In this document: piece after piece, positions 11,895-23,752 of the stretch
Numbering within the stretch: the stretch's first letter is position 1
Layout: each line of letters starts with the position of its first letter
Assembly (NCBI GenBank): GCA_051362555.1
Contig: CM120645.1
Location: forward strand, 15,004,001-15,068,000
DNA length: 64,000 nt
Direction: 5' to 3'
DNA from: Lingula anatina
Lineage: Eukaryota; Animalia; Brachiopoda
The notes under the pieces: generated by a model
The model's database searches: none
What the model was told of the DNA's origin: nothing
Seen by the model: only the letters and a program-made list of their open reading frames with translations
Translations under genes and position numbers: made by a program

Positions 11895-14250
11895 TCATCG
11901 CTTTGCCTTGGTAAAATACTGAGGTATTCTTTTCTTTTTTGAGGAAGCCTGCAGTTTGTTTCTTCTCAGTGCTTTTTTCCTTTTCATTCTGTATTCCTAC
12001 AAGAATAAAAAAACTATTACTAAGAAATTGGGATACAATTTGAAGAACTACTAATAAAGTACAGATTTACAAAGTACTGAAATCAATAGAAATTGTTTGT
12101 GATATATAGAGCAAAGTCTCAAAGAAGGTATTACAATTATAAAAACACTCTTCTACGCTTAGTTGACAAATTTTAATTTAATCATATTTAACCAATTGTT
12201 ATTTAATAAAACTAATCATTGATTATTAATTAATATTAAATTACAATTGGTTTAAATTTATTAAATTAAAACGTGTTAAGTATTTTGAAAGTACCTCTAC
12301 TAGATCTGGTTTCTGTTCATTCCACTTCTTTCTAATCTCCTCCAATCCCTCCTGTCTGTGGAAAAAAGCTATGCCCTCTGGAGAAACATTTACAAATCGC
12401 GTTATAGATGATGCTAACTGAATTTTTGAGTCAATGTGTAATTATTTTCACTTTTTTTGTTTTTGTTGGAATTCTGATGAATGATCTATCCAGACATAAT
12501 CAACTAAATTTTTTTTATGAACAATAAAAATTTTCATAATGGAAATAAAAAAACCTTTGCATCACCAATGCACTGTCTTTATTTATTCTTTCGTTACTTG
12601 TGGATATGCAAATAAAAGAAAAAATCTAAACATCTTCTGAAAAATTTTTCTCTCATTACCTTTAAGTCTATTGTCATCTTCCTTGAAAAAGAAAGTCTTT
12701 ACTGTGGTAGACTGTACAGGCATTGTTTCTGCACGACGCTCACTTATATTACTGAAATACAGAAGTCAAGTTTACTCATAACATTTACATAGAACCATGT
12801 CTAAACCAGAGATTCAGAAAATTACAGGGACAGTAGATAACTTTTGTCATATAACTCACATACTACCTCTTCTTTTCAACCATTGCTCAGTCAATCTTGC
12901 ACGACAACAAGTTAAACTATTAATTTTATTATAGTGGCAAGACAGCAAGTAATGCAGCCATTATGATTAAAGTAAATATCTTATCTTTACCCCTGTCTAA
13001 GGTTTTTGCAGTGGGTACTTATCTACTCCTAGACTGGGTTCCCATGAACAAAAACACAGGGTCAGTCTAACTCTATGAAGATTCACGCTAAATTGCTATC
13101 AACTCAAGAGGCTATCACACCTACTGATTTAGCTAGGGGATAATTAACTTTCATGCATGCTCGGGCCTCCAGTAATTAATTACCACCTAACAGCTTTTGT
13201 AGGCATGGCAGACATTTAAGCAGCTTAAGTTAATAGCAATTAAGTGAGAATCTCCTTGGAGATAGATCGATCCAAAGTTGGTACCAAAGTCTCTGGGAAT
13301 GGTCTCCTAGTCTCCGATTTCCTGGTCTTCCTTCAAACCTCACCTGTGTTTACTGGCCTTTTCTTCATCATCTTCATTATCCTCCCCATCATCACTGTTT
13401 GTGAAGCAGAAATTCTCCTGTTGCCATGGCAATGTGCTTGGCAGAGGGGAAGGTTTAGTTTTCAGTTCTGAAAATGTGAAGAAACAAACAACTTCTAGAA
13501 TCAACAAATTCACTTACAAGCCATTAAATTAATACGAACTTGTATATATTTCAATAAATTGTCTGGGCATTTTCTGCAAAATGATTTTTTTACCAAAAAG
13601 ATATTTTTCTTTAGATGAAGGGACAACATTAAAAAATCTTTACCAAAAATATATTTTTCTTTAGATGAAGGGGCAACATTAAAAAATCTATCATTTCTGC
13701 TACAGTACAAAACCTTTACATATTATCTTCAAATTCACATTATGATGAAACAACACACTACCTTTATCATTCATCTCTTCATCACTGCTACTGGTGCCTC
13801 CCTCTGGTGACTGTTTGCTGTTGCCAAGGAAACTAAAACCTTGATCACTTGCACCACCAAATATGTCCTTAAAAGATGTACTGACTTCATAGAATTTTTC
13901 TTTAGAAACTTCAGGCACAGGATCTATGTCTGTCTTTTCATCATCCGTTTTATTCTCAGTTTGTTTCTTTTTCCTAAAGCACAAGCAGCAAACTTATTAA
14001 ATAGATGCTTATTAAACCATTTTCAGTTAAAACATAGTAGAAGTCATATTAGCAAAACATTTTGTAGACCTCTGTATCTTATCAAAACAGCTAAACTGAC
14101 TACCTGTGAGAATATTAATGCTTTTAAACCTCAATTGAAATTATTCTCCTGTGACAAGTTTTAAAAAAGTTCTTGACTCACAGTTATAAGTTGTTTTTGC
14201 AATATCTTAAGAATGTTTAAGCTTTTTTTAAAATGATTTGGTGGGCAGAT

Positions 14251-14332
<82 letters not shown>

Positions 14333-17300
14333 CAGTTATCCAAGAGTACATGTTCTTTAAATAATCTTACTTTTCCTTTTTAGCAGGAACTGTTGACTCT
14401 ATCTTCAACTCAAACTGCTTGTGTTCTTCTCTGGTGGGATCATATCTTACACCACTGATATCTCTGCAATAAAAATAAATTTACTTCTGATGAGAAGTTA
14501 CGGAAAATATTAAAGTCACCAAAAAAAAAAAAAAAAAAAAAAATTATAAAAAAAATAATAATAATAAAATAAATAAATAAATAAATAAATAAATAAAATA
14601 AAATACAATAATAATAAAACATCTGCCAAAGGTGTTTTATATCTACAGAAAACAAAATCAAAATAGAAATCAATATAACCTTATGTCTGTCTTACTTCAA
14701 TGTGTCAAAATTTGCTAGACTCCAATTAAAATGCATGGAATGAAAATGTGAAAAGAAAATTATGTAGCTGTACTTACGTGAATGCAGATCGTCGTTTAAC
14801 CCGTTCACTTTCCCCAACCACTGTCTTTAAGATCTCAAGAGCTTTCTTCTTTTCTTTCTGCAAACTATTCTCATCTGCTGCCATTTCAGAATCCTGGTTG
14901 ATATCTTCTTATTGAAAATTTAAAAGTAGTGTAAGAATGTTGTCCTAACAATGAAACCATAACTGAAAGCATGCTATCTTTGTTCTATTTAATATAAAGT
15001 TCAGAACACATTAAATCTACTGCTTTGCTTTCTTTTCAATACAATTTGACACAAGATACGCACAATGTCAATCAAGCAAAGAATCATCTATAACATCTTT
15101 GACATACAATTTGAAACGAAAGAGAGATAATATAATTCAAATCATTAACCAGGGATGAGACTACCATTTTAATATAATTAGTGAAAACATGGGTTAGGGT
15201 CCAGGGGGCCACCTGCATCATTCTCAAAAATGATATTTTTGGCTCCCAAAAAGTCAGAAATCCACTGATAGTCAGAAGAATCTCACTGCCGTTTAACATA
15301 TTCAAAACATATAACTTGACACAAAATTATACAAAAACTCACCTTGTGTATCTCCTTCCTCTCCACTGTCACTCTCCTGGAACCTCTCGTCCAGCCTGAA
15401 ACGACTGTCACTTCCAAATCGTCCCTGCAGCTTCATTAACTGAAATGAAATTCCAACATGCCCTGTCAATCATATCAAATTACACCGTTCATTCTTTCAT
15501 GTATGAAAATAGCATTAAAAAATCCCTATCTGAATAAACTTAAAAGTAAGAACTAAAAATGCCTTTAAATATTTTATCTAATTTTTTTTCATTCAAGATT
15601 ATTTATATAAAGTTACTGGTTGGGTACAATATATTCAAACCAGTTACTTCATTTTATGCTACTGTTCTACTTGAATTAAGTTACTGTAAATCAATACAGT
15701 GTCAAATATCGCATCAAAAGCATGTATAATATAGCAGTTATATTTTGGGTTGTTATGCCAGTTTACAGGGATGAAAGCTTTACCTTCTGCCCTGCCTTGC
15801 CCTCGAATTGTGGTCGCAGTCTGAACATATCTGTCTCTTCATCTTCTTCTGCATCACTGTCATCACTGTCAAACAAAACTGAGGTCTTGGGGGCCTTCTT
15901 GGTTTGACTTTTCAAAGATTTTGAAACTGTCTGAAAGTGCAAAAATATTAAAAACTTATTTGGCTATCATAAAACAATCAGCTTCACAAAGAAATATATT
16001 CAAAAATAAAAGATGCTCGTTTCTTGTTAACTGTCTCAATATTACTGTTGCTTATGTGCGCAACTACTGATACTTTTAAATTTCAATCAAATTTTTGTCT
16101 TTTTCCTTTAACTTGAAATAAGACTCTTACAATTTCTTCTTTCTGGGTCTTGGTACTTGAACTGGGTACACTTTGTATAGGTTGCTGTTCCTCCTCAGAG
16201 TCTGAGTCAAACACAATGCGCTTATTCAACGTGCTGCCACTGTCCTGTAAAAGTTGAAACCGGCCTTGACACCATCACCAACATATAATTCTTAAGGCAG
16301 CAATAAGTGATTCACTTCCCCCCCCCCCCACATTTTAATGTTTAGAACTTCTTCACAGAACCAACATATCTTGATTATATTTTAGTTTGTACATATCCAA
16401 AAACCTATACTTTCCAGATTTTTTTGCCTAAATCAATGACAATTTATTAAATAAAATCTTATGTATTTTATGTTTCTTTATATGAAACCCATCATTTTCA
16501 ATGACCAACTTTGTTTATAATGCTACCATGCTTTATTCCTTTTCTTACCACTGCAGCCAGGGCCTGTTGTATGGCACGCTTTTGGTCCTGGGTTTCTTTC
16601 TGTCTCTGTTTCAATGCCTGTAATCTCTTCTCATTGTCACTCTGGTGTTTCTCCTCTGTCATTCTGCTTGCACTGCCACCTACTGGTATGTTTTTCTTTT
16701 TGCCTTCTTCACCTACTGGTGATTTGGGCTTTGTTACAGACATGCTCGTATGTCCCTGACCAGATTTAATTGGTGAACGCACACTAGTTCTGCTTTGAGA
16801 TGCAGCAGTAGAAATTTCTGTATTCAAGTTTGACAGATTTCTCTCTTTTTGGCCAGATTTCACACCTAGGCCACTTGAAGTCTTTTTGACTACTGTCTTG
16901 GCAACTGTTTTCTTAGATACTTTGCCATCCGAATCCGAGCTGGAAGAATCACTACTCTCACCATCAGAAAATTTGGCTAAACTGCTGTCTTCAGCTTCAC
17001 CATGTTTAGTTTTATTCTTGTCCTTATTTATGGCAACCTGGCCTCTGTTGATGGCACTGGAAGAAGACAAACCAACAGGAACAACTTCAAAATCATCATC
17101 ATCAGCATTATCAGTACCAGGTTTGTTTGTGCCTTGTCTCAACCTCTCTTTCTCCCTCTCTTGTCTGATCAATTCTTCAATATCACTTTCCTCATCTGAA
17201 CTAGATGGAGGACCGACTCCCCTTGGAGCTTGGGATTCTTTTACAGGATCATTCGCTAAACGCTGCTTAGGCTGTAATACAGTTTTCTTGGTAGATTTAA

Positions 17301-20300
17301 CATTATCAGAGTCTGCAGAGGAATCTCCATCCATATTGTTGTCCTTTCTTTGAATTTTTTCCTGTGGTTTGTCTCTCTCTGAACTCTTTTCGTTATCAGA
17401 ATCCATCTCCTTACTGTCATTGCAGTCATTTCGAGGTTCTAAATGAGACCTCCATCTTGTTAATGTGTTTATATTAGCAGGAGAGTCCGAGTTCGAAGAA
17501 GACTCCTCTTCACTGCTATTATTGTCATCACTTTCACTATTAACAGTTCCAGTTACTGACTTTGTCAATTGCTTTTGTTTGGTAATTGGTGCATGCTTAA
17601 CAGAAGTTCTTGACGAAATTTTTGAAGATTGATCTAATTGCATTTCACATGGCCTTACATTAGATTTCTCATTGTTCTGTTTCTTGATGCTTTCAGCATT
17701 ATTTTTCAACTTGGGTAAACTTTGGGTCAGAGGCGATTTTGATGACTTAGATTTTGATTTATTTGAAGTGAGCAGTTCATCTGTATCAGCAGAACTTGCA
17801 GACTCACTCCCAGATTCATCTCCCTGGTTTTGGATATTATTGCTCTCATTATTACTGTTTCCCTTTTTCTTCTTTTTAAAACTTTTTGTCAAATTAACTC
17901 TATCCTGTGATGGTTTTACTGCAGACATATGGCTTTCAGAAACAATTTCAAAGTCTGAGTTCATTGAGTTTTCTTTCAATTTAGAGCTAACAGTGCCATT
18001 CTGAATGGGGGTCACTTTTAAATCCATATTGGATTTGGTATTGTTGTTCTTCTGTGGTGATTTCAGATGAGTCCATTTCTCAAATTCCCCCTTTCTTTTC
18101 TTGGTGATTGCTGAATCATCCTGGTCCATTTCCCAGGTCAGGGACTGAACTGGACACTGGTCAAAGCTGTGGTCATCTTTAATTTTGGTTAGTTGGTGGC
18201 ACTGCTTGGAGGGGTCCACCCGAAGGAGCTTCAGGAAAATTAAGGGAAACGTTTAAATCATCAATTTATGTCAACGTGTTCTTTTATCAGGATGTTGACA
18301 AATATAGCAGTTATATCAAAAGGGATTAACTCTGTTTTTTTATTGACAGTATATTTACAAAAGAAAACAAATAATTATATAAACACAATTTCTACTAAAT
18401 CATGGTCAAATCACTACTAAATCATTCTACTGAACTGATTAATATTTTTATCACTGAAGTTCTCCAAAAGACAATAAAAAGTAACTCAAAAGAATACCTT
18501 CTTCTTATCTTTTTGCCTGATGTTTACAACTGGTAAAACTCTTCCATACTTTCCAACAACCCAGTCCTGAAGAAAATAAGTTTCAAATCACATGTCTTAT
18601 TTTATACATCTGTGCATGCCATCACAGTGCTATCAGAAAAAGGCCCTGGGTAATTTTTCAGTTTTTATTCTATCAAGAGTTTACTAGCCCAGTGTAAATC
18701 AATAACAATAACTTTGCAAAGGTGGACTTCTGCTTAGCTGATTACATCAGTTATAATGTTCAGAATCAATTTTAGTGGCTTAAATATGGTGGAAACAGGC
18801 GACTTAACTAAATTTAAAACTAACTTAAAGCCATATCATTTACACAGCAATCATAACTTGGTATTCATCTACTATTATCCAAGCCTCCTCATTTATGACA
18901 ACAAAAACATAGTATATAAAAGAGAGACTTGACTTTAAAAAAAAAAAAAAAGTGCAAGATTCAGACATGGACCAAAGGGTTTTTAAATCATGACGTGCAA
19001 AATGGTCACCTTTTCTCCAGTCAGCTCAGTCCCAGGGATGGCACCTTTCACTGTGAGAGTGTCTCTGTCCAAATTAGGCTGGTCTTTGAAGGGATCATGA
19101 AGCACCACTGAAGCAGACTTGGACTTTTTTGGTTTCACTTCCTCAGGCTCAATTTTCAGACTTTCTCGTTCTCGTTTCAACCTATTGATTTAAGACCACA
19201 TATGTTGTTTGACATAAGATATGAACTTGAAAGGTTTATCTTAACTGTGTGCTCACTCTAGGAAAATTTTTCCTATAGCCAAAGAACTGGATAACCTTAG
19301 CCAAATCAGAGTCCATGATAAATAAATCATAATAATCATAAATACAATCAACAACAACAACAATAATAATAATAAATTAAAACATGTTTACTATCTGGCT
19401 TAAATTTACTGTACTAGTGTGAGCCCAGATTTTACAATGAGAAAATCTCATCAAGTAAGAAACCTGAAAAATATGCATTACTCATTACTGCAACTTTTGA
19501 TGCTTCAGATTATAAAAGAGAGAGAGAGCAGAAAACAAAGCACATATCAGTGAAGGGCACAAATACATAGTCTCAAGACTCTGGCAGAACACTACTCCAC
19601 ATATTGAAACAATCCAGTTACCTGTCTAAGAAACTTTCCTTGGCCAGTTGTATCTTGACTTCTCTTCCTTTCCACTTTGTCTTGTTATACATATTAATAC
19701 CTGAAATAGGACGTTTATTATCCTAATGTGGTAAATGAAATCTCTTTGAGTATAATGCTTTAAAGTTCTAAAATATCATTATGTTTAAATACACTTCTCT
19801 GTCCTCTACGGAAAACACAACTGAATAATTATCTATATCACTGATGAATTAAACTACAAATAGAAAATGAAATACATTTTTAAGAACTTACACTTTTTCA
19901 GATCAGCATCAGTGATACTTATGTCTAGGTAAGCAAAGGTCTTGCTTCCAGCATTTACACCTGTCATAAAAAATAGTCTTATAGTCAAAAACATGCTTTT
20001 AAAGAGCAAGCTAGGATACAGAAACCACAGAAATGTGAAATGTTTCAAGGTAAATAAAATATTTGTGAAGAAATGATACACAGGCTATAAACAGTATTAT
20101 TACTTTTTATTCGTCAAAAACAGCCAAAATATTTTTTTTTTCACTGCAAGATAAGTGTCAGGTTCAACATTTACCTTATACTGAATCCATAAGAAATATG
20201 TACTTATAATGACTGCTGTAATTGCAAAACATCAGTTTCATTAAAATCATAGATTCATACCAATATTAACTTTAACTTACCAGTTAGATCCTTTTGTAAC

Positions 20301-20410
20301 CTGATATCAATGCCATTGATATTTCCAAACCTGGCAAACTTAGTCCGGAGGTCATCTTCAGTGACCTCCTCAAACAATCCCCCAACATACAGTCTCTTCC
20401 TTTCTGCCAT
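11895..20410 (-). CDS. NOL8: Nucleolar protein 8 (N-terminal RRM), ~1130 aa, 16 coding exons
   Basis: Exons: 20410-20281, 19960-19892, 19700-19622, 19181-19010, 18566-18498, 18228-16549, 16244-16131, 15930-15784, 15439-15343, 14907-14778, 14463-14371, 13973-13762, 13467-13344, 12751-12660, 12377-12295, 11996-11895. All are GT-AG and in phase. NOL8 motifs: KRLYVGGL, DLKKC..YNKTKWKG..IQLAKESFLDRL, WVVGKYGRVLPV, PQFEGKAGQKLMKLQGRFG.D.RF, YDPT, FFFKEDDNRL. A non-coding 5' exon has its donor at 21099. Confidence 0.95.
13030..13307. mobile_element. Old degenerate MITE in a NOL8 intron
   Basis: Shares TTCACGCTAAAT and GATAGATCGATC..CTCTGG blocks in inverted orientation with 29846-30059. Confidence 0.5.
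14254..14329. repeat. (GA)n microsatellite
   Basis: Directly visible. Confidence 0.95.
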
Positions 20411-21099
20411 CTTCCATATACTAAAACAGTAAATATTTTTAGTTTTTTTTAAGTGTTACCTGTCACATCACTGCCCCTCAGAAATATGAAAATATTGCAG
20501 CAGAAGAATTTGCAAGAAAATTTAGAATTGCTGCAAATATTCAATATTTGTTGAAGTTTGCACCAAGTTTTCAAGGAACTCTTCATTTGCATGTTTAATT
20601 TCTTTCTCCAAATTTTCAAGCTTGCAGAAGGTCTGAAAACACCTAAAATTAGAGTGTCGGGTGCTGAGGCTTTGGCGTTAAATTTACTTTTCGCAAAATT
20701 TCAATCTGCACTTAAATTCATACCTCTCAAAATTCAGGAATACTATATATATATATATACATATGATTTGTGAATTGACTTCTTCATTCTAGTGCCTCAG
20801 TGCCTGAGGCCTCTTTTCCTAATGTGATATATATATCAACACACCAACACTGGCAACAGTCAGTTAATTTTAATTATAATAACATTAAAATCTGTTTTTA
20901 AAATAAATAAAGTTTGTCTAAATATAAAATAAATAATAAAGCAGATGAATAATGAATGCATTTATTCTTGCAAATATTATATGCTGCACAGCTTCAGCCT
21001 CCACAAGTTCATCCAAAATTAAGTCGAAATAATACATTCAGCTGTGATCAGCAAAGACACGTCTTATTACAAAGGGCTCTGACTGGTTCTCCAACTTAC

Positions 21100-21400
21100 T
21101 TGACTTTTTTTAAACCATAGAAGAAGTGGTGTGGTTCGTGAAATCAACAGATGCCATGCTTTCGGAAATTAGGTCAGCAGGTGCTTGGTAAAATTGTCGA
21201 TAGGTGGCGATAAATTACCGCGAAATCAATTTTAATTTTTTTAATTTTTGGTAGAATATTTCAAAAAAATTAACTATTTCATATAAATTTTTGAAAATTG
21301 TTTTCGAAAATTAATAGTAATCAATTTTTAAAAATATTTTACTTAATAAACAATGCGCCCTCTAGCATACCATTATGAATCTCAAAATGGCGGGCAGTTC
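21100..21400. promoter_or_regulatory. Bidirectional promoter region shared by NOL8 and CENP-P
   Basis: The NOL8 5' exon (minus, from ~21165 to 21100) and the CENP-P ATG (21387) diverge about 220 bp apart. A YY1-like CAAAATGGCGG overlaps the CENP-P start. CpG-containing flanks surround an AT-rich core. Confidence 0.7.
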
Positions 21401-23721
21401 AGAGGGAGATATTCTGGCCCATGTTCAACGGACAATAACCGAGTAAGTCTTTGAAAAAAATCTAGAAAATTTCGAAAAAAATCATGTGTAAAAGGTAAGG
21501 ACTTTGCAGGATGAAAAGCGCTTATAGTGCGCTCAATAATTTTCTTAAACGTGGTAGAACAAAGGAGGTCCCGAAGCCCCATGCGGTCGGAGAACGCGTG
21601 ATGTCACACATTCGGTATTTTGAATTCGCGCTGATTAATTCAGAGCTAAAGAACTATCGTTCTGGGGCGTTGAAATTTATCGGAGACAAAATCTTTCGAT
21701 TTTATTAAGTCATTTGCTATTTTACCTTTCGATAAAGGGGTGACTAGAATATGATTCACTGCATTTCGATCAATATTGAGTACACACCACGTACCGAACA
21801 ATGAAGCGCGGGACAAAGCGTGCTTCCGAATGTTTACAGTTTGAGTAAATATCCACAAAAGATTAACCCTCGTCCTGGAATAAACTCCTTTGTTTACAGA
21901 TCCGGTAGGTAGTAGGGCAGGTAAACGTGAACATTTACGAAATTCATTTAAGATATTTTTTTTTTCAAAAAGAAAGGGAATACGTTTGGATAGGCAAACC
22001 CTTTGTCTGTTGTGAATTAACTGTGAGGAAATTTCAGTAAAAACTAGAAGTATTGGGAGTCCAACTTCCAAGATGTTTAACAAAGAGGGTAGGAACAAAG
22101 TGTTTAAGCAGAAATTTAAGATTAAATTAATTTAAATTTAAGAATACAGGAGATGAAATTGAAATTAAGAAGTCATTGAGGAAAAGTGCTTGGAAGGTAG
22201 ATTGAAAAAGAACAAAGAAAACTGTGAATTTTTAATCTTCAGCTGAAAATTCCAAAATAATGTAATCAGCAGTTATCCAAATGTTATGATCAATCAAGAA
22301 AATATTTCATTTCTGCAATATTCAAATATACAAATTTGAAAGTAAAGAAAAACATCTACTAGTATATAAATAAATATTTATGAAAAGCACTAGTTAATAT
22401 TGTACAGAAAATCATTAAAAACCTGTATACAGCTTCAGTAGTGATATTTAGTATTGAAATTGTCTGTAATTGCCACTGAATCATATTGTGTTATTTGAAA
22501 TACTCCATAATTTTTCTTTCCTTGTAAATAGGTTCCCAGAATCAAGTGAGCCTGATAATAATGATCATGATGAATCTGTTGAAAACCAGCCTCCCAGGGG
22601 CCTGGTTAATTTGGTGGAAACACAGGGGCAGATTTTTACCACAGATGATGGGGAGGATGGTCCTGGTGACCTGAAAGCAAAATATTTGAAAGAAGTAAGT
22701 AGACATAGGAGTAAGGATATTCAGTGAAATTTATGGATAAGAAGTAGGCAGAAAAGGTAGTTAAATTTTTCAGTAAAATGTGGAGGCAGAAGTATGTTCT
22801 TTAATTTTAAATAATTTTTTTGACTTCTGTAATGTGTGCGAACTTGGCAGATCAGATAAATTTTATTATTTTTTTTTTAGATTTAAAAATGACTTGTTTG
22901 AAGTACTTAAAAAATCTTTTGAGGGTGGGTAGCTTTTTGAGAAATATATTATAATGTGTCAAACATACTCACTTATGACAGTCAAAATGATTTGGTGTGG
23001 AATATTTTACCAGTACTGTTTGTATTATATTCTAGATAGCTGAACTGGAGCAAGAAGTGGCTTTATTAGAAGAGGAGTATATGTACAAACAGACAGTGGA
23101 AGGCCTTCAGCTAAGTTGGGACCAATTGGAGCTTATTTTGTAAGTGTCTTAAATTTCTAATTTTAAATTGATTTATTGTTTTTGAATATACACAACCAAT
23201 ATAACCTGTGCAGTCAAAGGTATTTTTCATCCACAGACAACTGTAGCAATTGAAAGCGCCATGATTGTGAAGGAGAAGTTTTCATAACTAATATTTGGTT
23301 ACATAAAGCCTGGTTATTACCCTAAATCCGTCTGTCTTTGTGGTTTGTTTCAGTTGATTTTTTTAAAGCAAGAACAAAGCATTTTAAACTTGTTACTAGC
23401 AAATGCTTTTTAGTCTAGATTTTGCTGAATATTTAAGGCAGAATTAGTTACATTTTAATAGCAGACATTTACTGAGCCTTTTGAATGGAGTTATATATCT
23501 GAAGCCAACATATTCACCCGCTGGAAGTAAATTATGGACTTTCATGTAATATCATGACTGGACCACCAGTTGAATCTAAGCAAGGCATAACCAGTCACTG
23601 AGCAGCGCAGGTGAAGGTGGTGACAGCATGCACTGAGCCATTAGCTAATGAGATTCCATGTAGGAAAAAGACATGCTCAGGAATATTGGGAAACTGGCAA
23701 TGGATGTGATATCACGGGGGT

Positions 23722-23752
<31 letters not shown>

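Noticed and set aside
16511-18004. Several plus-strand ORFs of 65-155 aa
   Set aside because: Antisense shadows of the 1680-nt low-complexity NOL8 exon.
16498-18219. 573-aa ORF as a stand-alone gene
   Set aside because: It is the internal NOL8 exon 18228-16549, bounded by in-phase splice sites.
21557-21894. AACAAAGGAG ... CTCCTTTGTT inverted repeat and the 150-aa minus-strand ORF in CENP-P intron 1
   Set aside because: Only a 10-bp inverted repeat with no TSD; the ORF has no recognisable features.
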